DNA of 64,000 nucleotides. It comes from an uncultured Chloroflexia bacterium. GTDB lineage: Bacteria > Chloroflexota > Limnocylindria > Limnocylindrales > CSP1-4. A program made the position numbers and the translations under genes. This document shows positions 1 through 9,703 of the stretch, in pieces; within the stretch, counting starts at the first letter, position 1, and every line of letters begins with the position of its first letter. Location: positions 32,001-96,000 of the forward strand of contig CAVYIM010000004.1 of NCBI GenBank assembly GCA_963768655.1. Reading direction: 5' to 3'. The notes below the pieces were generated by a model. That model was not told the origin of the DNA. It saw nothing but the letters and a program-made list of their open reading frames with translations, and did no database searches.

Positions 1-270
1 GCGGCGGCCGCAGGCTGAGCCCCCGGCCAGCCGCACAGGGTCGACGCCGCCCCGAGCGCGACTGCCAGCGCCACCGGGACGAATTTCCCGGACCGCCCCC
101 CGGCCTTGTCACAATTCGTCGTCCGGTACGGTGCCGAGTGATTGATCATCCCGACCTCATGCGATGCCAGGCGCAATGGTACTGTCGAGGTGGTTGCCTT
201 GCGGTGAGATGGCCCAGATACATCGCACTCCGGCGCTCGAGCGGCCCGCGAATCGCGTCACTCGCGACCG

Positions 271-2310
271 TTATGCGGCGCCCTTGTAGTAGCCCGTGAC
301 GTCGAGCAGCAACTGCGCGGTACGTCCGGCTGGAGCCCCGTACATGACGTCGAGCTTGCCGTTCGACGCCAGCGGAACCGTGGCCCCGTTGGCACGGTCG
401 TCACTGACGGGGAAGTTCAGGTTGGAGAACTTCGTCGACGCGTTGATGACTGGCCCGATCGCGGCGAACCCGCCGGCCGTCTGCTCCGTGACCGTCAGAT
501 TGGCGGTGATCGCCACTGTGCCGCTCGGAACGACGCCGGGCCCGGTGACCTGCAACGATTTGGCAGTGTTGGCGGAGAACGGTCCGGCCAGGCCTATGCC
601 GGAGCGCGAGTCCAGGACTCGGACGGGCTGCATCGTATTCAGAAGGTACCCGCCGGAGGCGGTGAAGTAGCCCGATATGTCCAACACCAGGTTCACTGTC
701 GCTCCACCGGTGCTGCTTACGTATACGGCCGAAAGGGTCCCGTCGGAGTTCAGCTTCACGACGACGTCGTTGGCCCTGACGTCTCCTTTCGGGAAGTTGA
801 TCGTCGACGAAGTCGGTGTGTCAGTCTTATCCGGCCCGAGCGCCACGAAACCGGTTGCGGTCGGGCTCACCACGGTGAGGTTTCCCGTTACGGCGACGAT
901 CCCGGATTTGGGCAGTCCCGCCACGCCGGCGATCTGGATGACTCGGTGCTTGCCGGCCACGAACGGTCCGGTCAGGCCCGGGACGCCCGAGCCCGAGCGA
1001 GTGTCCATGACTCGATCCGGACCGAACGGGACGTAACCGTCACCGGCCGTGCCGGCGAGGAAGTAACCGGTGACGTCGATGATCAGGTTGGTGTCGGCGC
1101 CCGATGCGGCTCCGTACCAGGCCCCGACGGTGCCCTGGGGCGAGAGGGCGACGGTCACGCCGTTGGCCCGGTTGTCTCCCTTGGGGAAGTTGATCGTCGA
1201 GGACGCCGGGGCGGAGTCGACCGTCGGTCCGAGGTAGATCCAGCCGCCGGCCGATTGATTGGTGACGGTCACGTTGGCCGTGATGGCGATCGCCGCCGCG
1301 GGAACGGGCGTCACGGTGCCCACTTTCTGGCCGGCGATCTGGTAGGTGTATGGGACCCGCCCATACAACGTCCCGCGCGGTCCAACCCCGCTCGGTCGCG
1401 TATCGACCAGGCGGAAGGGGGAGATCGGGTAGTAGGAGCCGCTCCGGCCGACGAACGCCGTGGTGTGGCCGCTGATGACATCGTCCGTCTTCATGGACGG
1501 GATCGAAACCATCGAGCGGTAGTAGACCTCGTGGCCACCGGCGGATGGGTTGGGGACGTCGGGGTCGACCTGCGACGTGTATCCGGAGTCGTACGAGCTG
1601 TTCCAGGCGATGACGTTGTCGTGGAACGAGGGCGAGCTCTTCCACATCTGGTCGACCGTCATGTGGCCATTGAAGACCGTGTCGATGTAGTAGCCGATGT
1701 CATCGATCCCTTCGGCGATGACTGCTCTGGCACCGGCCCGAATGAAGCCCGAGCCATATCCGTCCACGCGCGTCTGGGCGACGGCCAGCGTTGGATTGGC
1801 GACGCCGCCCTCGCTGTTGCCGGAGGCATAGCAAAGGTGATTCAGGATCACCAGGGCATCCGGCGCCAGCTGCAGCTGGGCCATGTATGCCTCGCCGTAG
1901 TAATAGGTCGTCGAGTCGCTCGAACCGGCGACGGCGTTGAGGCCCATACCGTTGTCCTTGAGCGGCTGCTCGTAGGGCAGGTATGGATCCGGGTAGCCGT
2001 TGCCGTGACCCATGTAGACGAGGATGTTCGCGCCCTTTGCCGCGGCCTTGACGGCACTCCACGTCGCGTTGGGCGAGTACACCTTGACGATGTTGACAGC
2101 TCGCCCCGCCGCATCCGCAGCCTCCTGGAATTCGGTAGCCGACTGGTCGGCGTCGGCGCGGTACCTGGCGGTCTCGCTCTGGGTCTGGCCGACGACGATG
2201 ACGACCTTGGTTACGTATGCAGAAGAAGCGGCGACCTTGGCGGGGTTCGCGACCAGGCCGGTGCCGGCAACGAGGAGGCCGACCGCGAGCGCAAGGGTGA
2301 GCTTTCGCAT
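271..2310 (-). CDS. Secreted protein: signal peptide, putative caspase/gingipain-like (His-Cys) domain, three tandem beta-rich repeats
   Basis: Start re-called to ATG 2310 (AGGGAG upstream, MRKLTLALAVGLLVAG signal-like N-terminus). Motifs YMGHGNG and NHLCYASG. Three repeats of P.R..D[TS]R...N[VL]TV...S.[IL]NFP..D.RAN...D[VI][TS]GY. Confidence 0.7.
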   Translation of the reverse strand: MRKLTLALAVGLLVAGTGLVANPAKVAASSAYVTKVVIVVGQTQSETARYRADADQSATEFQEAADAAGRAVNIVKVYSPNATWSAVKAAAKGANILVYMGHGNGYPDPYLPYEQPLKDNGMGLNAVAGSSDSTTYYYGEAYMAQLQLAPDALVILNHLCYASGNSEGGVANPTLAVAQTRVDGYGSGFIRAGARAVIAEGIDDIGYYIDTVFNGHMTVDQMWKSSPSFHDNVIAWNSSYDSGYTSQVDPDVPNPSAGGHEVYYRSMVSIPSMKTDDVISGHTTAFVGRSGSYYPISPFRLVDTRPSGVGPRGTLYGRVPYTYQIAGQKVGTVTPVPAAAIAITANVTVTNQSAGGWIYLGPTVDSAPASSTINFPKGDNRANGVTVALSPQGTVGAWYGAASGADTNLIIDVTGYFLAGTAGDGYVPFGPDRVMDTRSGSGVPGLTGPFVAGKHRVIQIAGVAGLPKSGIVAVTGNLTVVSPTATGFVALGPDKTDTPTSSTINFPKGDVRANDVVVKLNSDGTLSAVYVSSTGGATVNLVLDISGYFTASGGYLLNTMQPVRVLDSRSGIGLAGPFSANTAKSLQVTGPGVVPSGTVAITANLTVTEQTAGGFAAIGPVINASTKFSNLNFPVSDDRANGATVPLASNGKLDVMYGAPAGRTAQLLLDVTGYYKGAA

Positions 2311-2634
2311 TGCGCTGTCTCCCTTGGGGCCCACCTCGGGGTATCGAGGACTCCGACCCGTCGGGACGGGTTCGTTGGGCCGAATAGTGGTTGTGCGCCA
2401 AGACTGTGACGCGGTGGTGGCGGCGACAATCGTGCCTTGGTCCCAGTGCGGTGGGGGTCCCATTGGCCAGGCTGTGGTGAGCGGCCCGACGGGATCAGGC
2501 CACCCTGGCAATGACCCAGGCGGGTCATGATAGGCACACCGGTCCCGATCCGTCACTCATCGAGTGCCTTATCAAGAACTTAATGGAGGGCCACGTCGAT
2601 CGGCGGAGGGCGACGGCGACGCGCCGCAGCGGCC

Positions 2635-3219
2635 TCAGGCGCCGCGCAGACGTTCGACCAGTTCGCGGAGCGTTGGATTGGAGCGGTCCCGGTCCGACAG
2701 AATGGGACGACCGTCGGGAGTCCCCGGAACCGACGGCCAGGGAACTCCGACGGCCGGATCGTCCCACGCGAACCCGAGCTCGTCGCTGCCGTCGTACTCG
2801 TTCGTGACGAAGTAGAGCAGCGATAGCGGCTCCACGGCCAGGAAGCCGTGGGCGACTCCGGCGGGGATCGTGACGGTGCTGCCTTCGCCCAGCTCCCTCG
2901 TCTCGACGATGGCGTGAGCAGCGTGGTCGGCGAGAACGGGCCGGACGTCGACGAGGGCGACGAGGGCGCGGCCGCCGACGACGGTCCAGTAGTCGAGCTG
3001 GCGGCGGTGGTAGTGGAGTCCGCGCAGCACGCCCGGGGCGGAGGTCGAGAGATTGGCCTGGACGAAGCGCGCGTCCGGCATGCCGGCGGCCCCCGGGCCG
3101 ATCTCGCCGAAGGTCGAGGCGCGCCACAACTCGGCGAACGAACCGCGCCGGTCGCCGATCCTGTTGAGCCTTCCGTATCGAACCCCGGCCAGGCGAGACG
3201 CGGCTTCCTCTGGACTCAT
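2635..3219 (-). CDS. rmlC: dTDP-4-dehydrorhamnose 3,5-epimerase family
   Basis: D.RGSFAE, FVQANLSTS..GVLRGLHYH, IPAGVAHGF, LSDRD motifs. ATG 3219 with AGGAG upstream. Confidence 0.9.
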   Translation of the reverse strand: MSPEEAASRLAGVRYGRLNRIGDRRGSFAELWRASTFGEIGPGAAGMPDARFVQANLSTSAPGVLRGLHYHRRQLDYWTVVGGRALVALVDVRPVLADHAAHAIVETRELGEGSTVTIPAGVAHGFLAVEPLSLLYFVTNEYDGSDELGFAWDDPAVGVPWPSVPGTPDGRPILSDRDRSNPTLRELVERLRGA

Positions 3220-3221
3220 CG

Positions 3222-4181
3222 TTACCGCTCCTGAGTGCGTGTCTGGATTGTCGCGTACTCCGCCAGGGCCGCACGCCAGTCCCGCAGCGGGCCGCCGGGG
3301 AGTGGCGTCGGATCCAGCACGCCCCAAGGGGGCGGCGTCGAAGGCCGCGGCCACGTGCTCATGGGCACGTCCCGGGTCGGCACGGTCACTCGGGCGAGGC
3401 GCAGCACCTCGCGCGCCCACTCGGCCCGCGACGCGTGCCCGCCGTTGACCACGTGGTGGATTCCGCCAACGGCGCTCCAGCCTTGAACGCCGGCCAGTTC
3501 GACCAGGCTCACGATCGCCGCCGCCAGGTCCGCCGCGTAGGTCGGGCAGCCGAACTCGTCCGAGACCAGGTCGAGCGTCTTGCTCTCCGACCGCGCTCGA
3601 TCGGCGGCGGCCAGGATCCTCTGCGGGAAATCCGCCCCCGGCCGCCCGAAGAGCCACGAGGTCCGCACGATCGCCAGATGCGGAACGGCCTCCGGCCGAC
3701 GCCCGGGCGGCATGAGCGCCGCGGCTGCAAATCCGCCACCGGTCGCCTCGAATGCCGCTCGGGCAAGTTGCTCGCCCGCCAGTTTCGCGGCGCCGTACGC
3801 ATTGAGTGGGCGGGGCCGATCCGCTGCGCCGTAGGCCCGGCCGTCGGTTCGCAGCCCGTCGAAGACCTCGTTGGTAGATATCGCGATCATCGCTGCCCCG
3901 ATGGCGGCGCAGGCCTGTGCAATCTCGCCGGCCGCTGTTCCGTTGCGGCGCATAGCCAGCTGAGGATCGTGCGCGCAGCCGTCGACGTCCGTCCAGGCCG
4001 CGGCGTGGACGACGACGTCCGGGCGATGGCGGCTGACCAGTCGCACGGCCGACTCGGGGTCGTCCAGGTCGTGTTCCGGGAGATCCCAGGTCAGCACCTC
4101 ACTGGCCATGCGGGCCCCGGAAAGAGCGGCCACCAGGGCCGTCCCGAGCCGGCCGCCGGCGCCCGTCACCGCGACTCGCAT
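3222..4181 (-). CDS. rmlD: dTDP-4-dehydrorhamnose reductase
   Basis: MRVAVTGAGGRLG, HAAAWTDVDGC, YGAAKLAGE, RTSWLFG, GCPTY motifs; operon context. Confidence 0.9.
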   Translation of the reverse strand: MRVAVTGAGGRLGTALVAALSGARMASEVLTWDLPEHDLDDPESAVRLVSRHRPDVVVHAAAWTDVDGCAHDPQLAMRRNGTAAGEIAQACAAIGAAMIAISTNEVFDGLRTDGRAYGAADRPRPLNAYGAAKLAGEQLARAAFEATGGGFAAAALMPPGRRPEAVPHLAIVRTSWLFGRPGADFPQRILAAADRARSESKTLDLVSDEFGCPTYAADLAAAIVSLVELAGVQGWSAVGGIHHVVNGGHASRAEWAREVLRLARVTVPTRDVPMSTWPRPSTPPPWGVLDPTPLPGGPLRDWRAALAEYATIQTRTQER

Positions 4182-4203
4182 CGAAGCCGTCCCCTCGGCG
4201 CTG

Positions 4204-5295
4204 TCACCCGGCATCCCGAGAACCGGCCAGCCTGGCGGCGTACTGGCGGCGGTAGTAGTCCTCCCAATCTCCCGACTTGATTGCCCGCCACCAGGCTTCG
4301 TTCTGGAGGTACCACTGGACGGTGGAGGCCAGGCCATCCTCGAACGGAACCCGGTTCTTCCAGCCCAGCGCCGCGAGCCTGGATCCGTCCATGGCGTAGC
4401 GACGGTCATGGCCCGCTCGATCCTCGACCTGTCGGACGAGCGACCAGGGCTTGCCGAGCAGCTCGAGCAGCCTGGCCACCACCTCGCGGTTGGTCTTTTC
4501 GTTGCCGCCGGGAATGTTGTATGTCTCGCCGGCCAGGCCGTGCTCCAGGACATGGCCGACGGCCCCGGCGTGGTCGCCGACGTAGAGCCAGTCGCGGCGC
4601 TGAAGGCCGTCGCCGTAGAGCGGCAGCTGCCGATCGTCGATGGCGTTGGTGATGAACAGCGGGATCAGTTTCTCGGGGTGATGGTACGGGCCGTATGTGT
4701 TCGAGCCGCGGGTCACGACTGCGTCCAGGCCGTAGGTGACGAAGTACGAACGGACCAGCAGCTCGCCGGCCGCCTTGGCCGCGGAGTAGGGCGAGCTTGG
4801 ATCGAGGCGGTCGTCCTCACGGCTCTGGCCGGATTCCACGGAACCGTAGACCTCGTCCGTGGAAACCTGGAGGAAGCGTGGAGCGGCTGAGCGCGCGCCC
4901 TTTGTGGCGCGCTCCTGTTCCATGCGGCAGGCTTCGAGCAGGACGTGGACTCCCAGGACGTCCGTCCGCAGGAAGGCTTCCGGGTCGAGAATGGAGCGGT
5001 CGACGTGAGACTCGGCGGCGAAGTTCACGATCGCATCTGCCCCGGCCACCAGCGGCCCCGCGACCTCCGGGTCGGCGATGTCGCCCTGGACGAACCGAAG
5101 CCTGGCGGCCTGCTCCGGGTCCGATTCGACAGGGGCGAGATTGGCGCGGTTGCCGGCGTAGGTCAGCTTGTCCAGAACGTCGATCTGCGTGCCGTCGCGG
5201 CGGGCGAGTCGGTCGCGGACGAAGCATGAGCCGATGAAGCCGGCCCCGCCGGTGACCAGGAGCCTGGGGTAGCGCGGCGTCCGGGGCTCGGTCAC
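4204..5295 (-). CDS. rmlB: dTDP-glucose 4,6-dehydratase
   Basis: LVTGGAGFIGS, DKLTYAGN, FAAESHVDRS, VSTDEVYG, PYSAAKA, PEKLIP, RAGHDRRY. GTG start overlaps the rmlA stop (GTGA). Confidence 0.95.
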   Translation of the reverse strand: MTEPRTPRYPRLLVTGGAGFIGSCFVRDRLARRDGTQIDVLDKLTYAGNRANLAPVESDPEQAARLRFVQGDIADPEVAGPLVAGADAIVNFAAESHVDRSILDPEAFLRTDVLGVHVLLEACRMEQERATKGARSAAPRFLQVSTDEVYGSVESGQSREDDRLDPSSPYSAAKAAGELLVRSYFVTYGLDAVVTRGSNTYGPYHHPEKLIPLFITNAIDDRQLPLYGDGLQRRDWLYVGDHAGAVGHVLEHGLAGETYNIPGGNEKTNREVVARLLELLGKPWSLVRQVEDRAGHDRRYAMDGSRLAALGWKNRVPFEDGLASTVQWYLQNEAWWRAIKSGDWEDYYRRQYAARLAGSRDAG

Positions 5296-6050
5296 GACTT
5301 GGGCCTGGCCGGCGGTCCGGCCAGGCGACCGGAGCGGGATTCCTGTTCGGCCAGCTCGGCGGCGCGGATGAGCGATGCCACCGTCCCGGCGTCGGTCCAG
5401 AGGCCCTCGAACCGGCGCGCGAACAGATTGCCCGGCAGGTAGTTGTTCAGCAGATCGGTGATCTCGAGCTCGCCGCGGCGCGACGGGACCAGATGGTCGA
5501 CCACGCCGAACGCGTCGGGTCGCAGGAAGTACACGCCGATCGGGATGAGGTTGCTCTTGGGCTGGGTCGGCTTCTCCTCGAAACCGACGACGTTGCCCTG
5601 CGCGTCGAACTCCGCGACTCCGAAGCGTTCGGGATCGGCGACTTCGTACAGCAGCGTGCCGGCGCCCCACGGCCCGGCTTCGAACTCCCGGGCGGTGTCC
5701 GCCAGCGGGGGGCCGAGCAGGACATTGTCGCCCAGTACGCAGCAAAAGGAATCGTCGCCGACGAAGTCGCGGGCCAGCCCGATGGCATGGGCAATACCTA
5801 GCGCTCCTCGTTGATAGCGGTACGTGAGATCCAGGCCGAAGTGCTCGCCGTCCGCGAGGAGCTCGACGACGTCACCGACGCTCTTGCCGCCGACGACGAC
5901 CATGACCTCGCGGATCCCCATGCCAGCCAGAGTGGCGATCGGGTAGTAGATCATCGGCCGGTCGTAGATCGGCAACAGATGCTTGTTCGTGACGATAGTG
6001 AGCGGGAAGAGGCGAGTGGCCGTGCCGCCCGCCAGCACGAGACCCTTCAA
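5292..6050 (-). CDS. rmlA: Glucose-1-phosphate thymidylyltransferase
   Basis: GLVLAGGTATRLFPLT..NKHLLPIYDRPMIYYP, LGDN, EEKP, RGELEITD, WTDAGT. Confidence 0.93.
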   Translation of the reverse strand: MKGLVLAGGTATRLFPLTIVTNKHLLPIYDRPMIYYPIATLAGMGIREVMVVVGGKSVGDVVELLADGEHFGLDLTYRYQRGALGIAHAIGLARDFVGDDSFCCVLGDNVLLGPPLADTAREFEAGPWGAGTLLYEVADPERFGVAEFDAQGNVVGFEEKPTQPKSNLIPIGVYFLRPDAFGVVDHLVPSRRGELEITDLLNNYLPGNLFARRFEGLWTDAGTVASLIRAAELAEQESRSGRLAGPPARPKS

Positions 6051-6114
6051 CGCGGCTCCGTCGGCTTCTTGGGCCAGAGCGTAGCAGGTTCGGGCCAGGC
6101 TTCGCGTGCCGCGA

Positions 6115-7155
6115 TTAGTGCGGCGGCGGGGTCACTATTCCCGGGGGCGTCGTGGGGGTGGGCGCCGGCGTGGGCGCCGGCGTGGGAGTGACCCTTGGAA
6201 TGGTCGGTGTCGGAATCGCCGGTGTCGACACAGGGCCGACGCTGGACGAGGCCGTCGCGCTGGGGCTCGCCACGGGTTCGGGGCTCGAGAAGCCGCCCTG
6301 ATAGCTCGTGATCACGAGTACCCATTCGATGTTGTCCAGATCCGCGGCCGGTTGGATCATGGCCGACTGAACGACCTCGTTCGGGTCTTTGGCGACGCTG
6401 ATGATCGTCCCGATGAGCAAACCAGGTGGGTAGGGCGACCGCACGTCGCCTCCCGGGCTGACGATTCCCGCCGTCACTACAGCCAGGCCTTTCGAGAGCG
6501 TCTCGGAGGCGGCCACGTCCGACATCTCGAGGAGGCCGCCCACTTGACCCTGGACGTTGCCGATCGCGTTCGGGTCCGCGTTCTGGCCCGACTCGCGCCC
6601 GATCACCAGGTTCGACGTGTCGTTGACCAGGAGAATCGTGGCGTCGTACGTCTGCACGGAGACGACCCGGCCCACCACGGCCCCGCCGTCGTCGACGACG
6701 ACCTGCTCGAGTGCGATCCCATCGGCCAGGCCCCTGTTGATGATGAAAGTCCGAGGGCCGATGTCGGTGATGTTGCGCACGAGGACGCGGGCGATGATCG
6801 TCTGGTATTGCAGGTTCTGCTGCGCCTGGGAGACCCTCGTCCAGTCGGTGTTCAGCTGGGAGATGGCCGGCTGGCGTGCCAGCTCCTCCTCCAGGGTCTG
6901 GTTCTCCTGGCGAAGCTGATCGTTCTGGGTGCGCAGGTCGTCGAGCTGTGTGAGCGTGGTCAGGTACGAGCCGAGCGTGTCCGCTGTGTCGTTGAGGGCG
7001 CCCTCGACCGGGGCGAGCATGAAGTTGGCATCCGATTGGACCGTCGCCGCGAAATGGCTCCCGGACGCGCCCATCATCCCGACGCTCAAGGTCAGAAGCA
7101 GACCGTAGGCGACCCACTGTGCTCGGGGGAGGCGGTAGCCCCAGCGGGAGTTCAT
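6115..7155 (-). CDS. mreC: Rod shape-determining protein MreC
   Basis: N-terminal TM helix, coiled coil (LRQENQTL), INRG..DGI, VGRV, PPGLLIG, IQPAADL, Pro/Thr-rich tail; follows mreB. Confidence 0.9.
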   Translation of the reverse strand: MNSRWGYRLPRAQWVAYGLLLTLSVGMMGASGSHFAATVQSDANFMLAPVEGALNDTADTLGSYLTTLTQLDDLRTQNDQLRQENQTLEEELARQPAISQLNTDWTRVSQAQQNLQYQTIIARVLVRNITDIGPRTFIINRGLADGIALEQVVVDDGGAVVGRVVSVQTYDATILLVNDTSNLVIGRESGQNADPNAIGNVQGQVGGLLEMSDVAASETLSKGLAVVTAGIVSPGGDVRSPYPPGLLIGTIISVAKDPNEVVQSAMIQPAADLDNIEWVLVITSYQGGFSSPEPVASPSATASSSVGPVSTPAIPTPTIPRVTPTPAPTPAPTPTTPPGIVTPPPH

Positions 7156-7180
7156 GTGACCGGGAAGGCCGCGCGACTAC

Positions 7181-8239
7181 TCAGCGCGGCGGGCGGGCGT
7201 ACGTGTCCGCCACGAGGACTTCTTCCATGATGTCGAGCTCCTCGAGCACGACGCCGGTTCCGCGCACGACGCAGGTCAGGGGATCGTTGGCGACGTGGAC
7301 GGGCATCTGCGTGGCCTCGGCGACGCGATGGTCCAGGCCCTGCAGCAGTGCGCCGCCGCCCGCCAGAACGATGCCCTGGTCCATGATGTCGGCGATCAGC
7401 TCCGGCGGCGTTTCCTCGATCGTGTCCTTGATCGTCTCCACGATGAGCGCCAGCGACGGTTCGATGGCTTCGCGGATCTGCTCGCCACCGACCTCGACGC
7501 TGCGCGGCAGGCCGGTCAGCAGGTCGCGGCCGCGGAGGGTTATTCGCTGCGTATCCCACTCACCCGGTGCGGCGGACCCGATCGAGATCTTGACGTCCTC
7601 GGCCGAGCGCTCGCCGAGGAAGAGGTTGTACTCGCGTCGGGCGTAGGCAACGATGTCGGTGTCCATCTCGTCGCCGCCGACGCGGATGCTGCGGCTGATG
7701 ACGATGCCGCCCAGGCTGATGACGGCCACCTCGGTGGTGCCGCCGCCGATGTCGATGATCATGCTGCCGGTGGGCTCGTTGATCGGCAGGCCGGCGCCAA
7801 TCGCGGCGGCCATTGGCTCTTCGATCAAGCCGGCCCAGCGGGCTCCGGCGTTCATTGCCGCGTCACGCACGGCTCGCTTCTCGACCTCGGTCACGCCCGA
7901 CGGGATGCCGAGCAGCATCCGCGGCCGGGGCACCATGCCGATGCGGTCGTGAACCTTGCGCACGAAGTACGCGATCATCTGCTGCGTGACGTCGAAGTCG
8001 CTGATGACTCCGTCGCGCAGCGGCCGAACGGCGATGATGCTCGCCGGAGTGCGACCGACCATGCGCTTGGCCTCGGCACCGACTGCCAGGACCCGTTTGG
8101 TCTTGGCTTCCATCGCGACGACACTCGGCTCGCTGATTACGATGCCTCGGTCGCGGACGTGGACAAGGGTGTTGGCCGTGCCCAGGTCTATGCCGATGTC
8201 ACGCGAGAACAGGCCTAGCAGACTGTGGACGCCAAACAT
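7181..8239 (-). CDS. mreB: Actin-like rod shape protein MreB
   Basis: DIGIDLGTANT, EPSVVA, RPLRDGVI, TEVEKRAV, EEPMAAAIGAG, DIGGGTTEVA, LAGGGALL. Confidence 0.97.
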   Translation of the reverse strand: MFGVHSLLGLFSRDIGIDLGTANTLVHVRDRGIVISEPSVVAMEAKTKRVLAVGAEAKRMVGRTPASIIAVRPLRDGVISDFDVTQQMIAYFVRKVHDRIGMVPRPRMLLGIPSGVTEVEKRAVRDAAMNAGARWAGLIEEPMAAAIGAGLPINEPTGSMIIDIGGGTTEVAVISLGGIVISRSIRVGGDEMDTDIVAYARREYNLFLGERSAEDVKISIGSAAPGEWDTQRITLRGRDLLTGLPRSVEVGGEQIREAIEPSLALIVETIKDTIEETPPELIADIMDQGIVLAGGGALLQGLDHRVAEATQMPVHVANDPLTCVVRGTGVVLEELDIMEEVLVADTYARPPR

Positions 8240-8560
8240 AATTCGAGGCGGTTCCTTCCTCGTAGTGCTGGTCCCCGCGATGACGGGGAGCGGGGCTGCC
8301 AGCCTGACTGATCCAGGCGCCCGAGAGGGTGGCGTCGCCTCGGACTCTGGTGGCCCCCATCAAGGGTGCGGGACCGTGGATCCGCCCGCTTTGACCCCGG
8401 GAAGCCCGTGCAGTATACCCGCCTGAGTGGCGCAAGGGTCTGACGCGAGCTGAGGGGCCGTCCGGAGACCGGCCGTTGGGGGCATCGCAGGCAGGTGGCT
8501 CGAGACCGGCCGGCGGACCCCGGCGCCTGCTGCTCACCGGCGCTGCGGCCCGTCGGCCAG

Positions 8561-9394
8561 CTATGACGGGCGATCGAAGGCGACCCCTCGGTCCCGCAAG
8601 GAGACGAAGCCATCACCGGCCACGATGAGATGGTCGAGCAGCTGGATATCCAGCAAACGCCCGGCGGCCAACACTTCGGCCGTGAGACGGAGGTCGTCCG
8701 GGCTCGGCGTGGGATCGCCGGAAGGGTGGTTGTGGACGAGGATCAGGCCGGCCGCGTTGAGGCGGACGGCGTCGCGGAAGAGCTCGCCGACCCTGACCAG
8801 GCTCGAGGACACGTTGCCCTGATACACGGTGACGAGCCGAAGGACGGCGTTGCGGGTGTTCATGAGCACGACCCGCAGCTCCTCCCGCTCGAGGAAGCCC
8901 ATCTGAGGCACGAGCCGCTCGCCCACGTCGCGGGGCGCTCGCACCGTCCAGCGACTCTGGGGCCAGTCGGTGATCACCCGTCTGCCCAGCTCGAAGGCGG
9001 CGGCCAGCTGCGCGGCGCGGACCGGGCCGACCCCGGGCACCGCCTCCAGCTCGACGTCCGTGGCGCGTGCCAGCCCGACCAGGCCCTCGTGGCGCCGTAG
9101 CGCGTCCGAGGCCGCGTCGACGGCCGTCGCGCCGCGCGTGCCCGATCCCCAGAGCACGCCGATCAGCTCCGCCGCGCTCAGGGCTGCGGCGCCGTGCATC
9201 GCCAGACGCTCACGAGGACGTTCTCTGGCGGGCGTGACGCCGATCCCAACAAGCGGCCGTTCGGCTGCGCGACGGCGCCTGCCCTCGGTCCGGAACCGCG
9301 TCTGGAGCTGTGTCGGCCCCGTTGCTTGCGGCTCTGACTCTCCGTGTTCCACGGTCGACGTCCTGCTGCTCGAGGCGGAGCTGGTCTGGCTCAC
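8561..9394 (-). CDS. radC: RadC family JAB-domain protein (start uncertain)
   Basis: ERPRERL, HhH-like VPGVGPVRA, HNHPSGDPTPSPDD, LLDHLIV; radC-mreB synteny. Confidence 0.92.
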   Translation of the reverse strand: MSQTSSASSSRTSTVEHGESEPQATGPTQLQTRFRTEGRRRRAAERPLVGIGVTPARERPRERLAMHGAAALSAAELIGVLWGSGTRGATAVDAASDALRRHEGLVGLARATDVELEAVPGVGPVRAAQLAAAFELGRRVITDWPQSRWTVRAPRDVGERLVPQMGFLEREELRVVLMNTRNAVLRLVTVYQGNVSSSLVRVGELFRDAVRLNAAGLILVHNHPSGDPTPSPDDLRLTAEVLAAGRLLDIQLLDHLIVAGDGFVSLRDRGVAFDRPS

Positions 9395-9703
9395 CGCTCC
9401 CGGGGCCCAACGACGGAAGCCCGCCGATTCCTCCCGCCATCGGGCTCCGGGAACGAGACGAGGCTAGACTCGGCCGCTTATCTGCGGACCAACTCCGGCT
9501 AAACCCGGAGCCGTCGGTCGGGTCGCCGATCGCCAGGTTGGCGAGCGCGGGTCTGGGCGGCGGCGACCTCGGAGCGAGCGCACCACGAGGCGAGTGAGCG
9601 CGAATGAGGCAAGCGGCGATCCGCTGGATCCGGATTGACCAGGTTCAGCCGGCCAGGCGAAGCGGCGCAGACGTCGATCGTCGGATCCAGGTTCAGCGCG
9701 GTC

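Noticed and set aside
2311-2634. c-di-GMP or c-di-AMP riboswitch upstream of the secreted protein
   Set aside because: Only generic hairpins; signature nucleotides absent.
8561-9394. radC as a sign of a mobile or defence island
   Set aside because: It is the full-length HhH plus JAB form in the usual position next to mreB.
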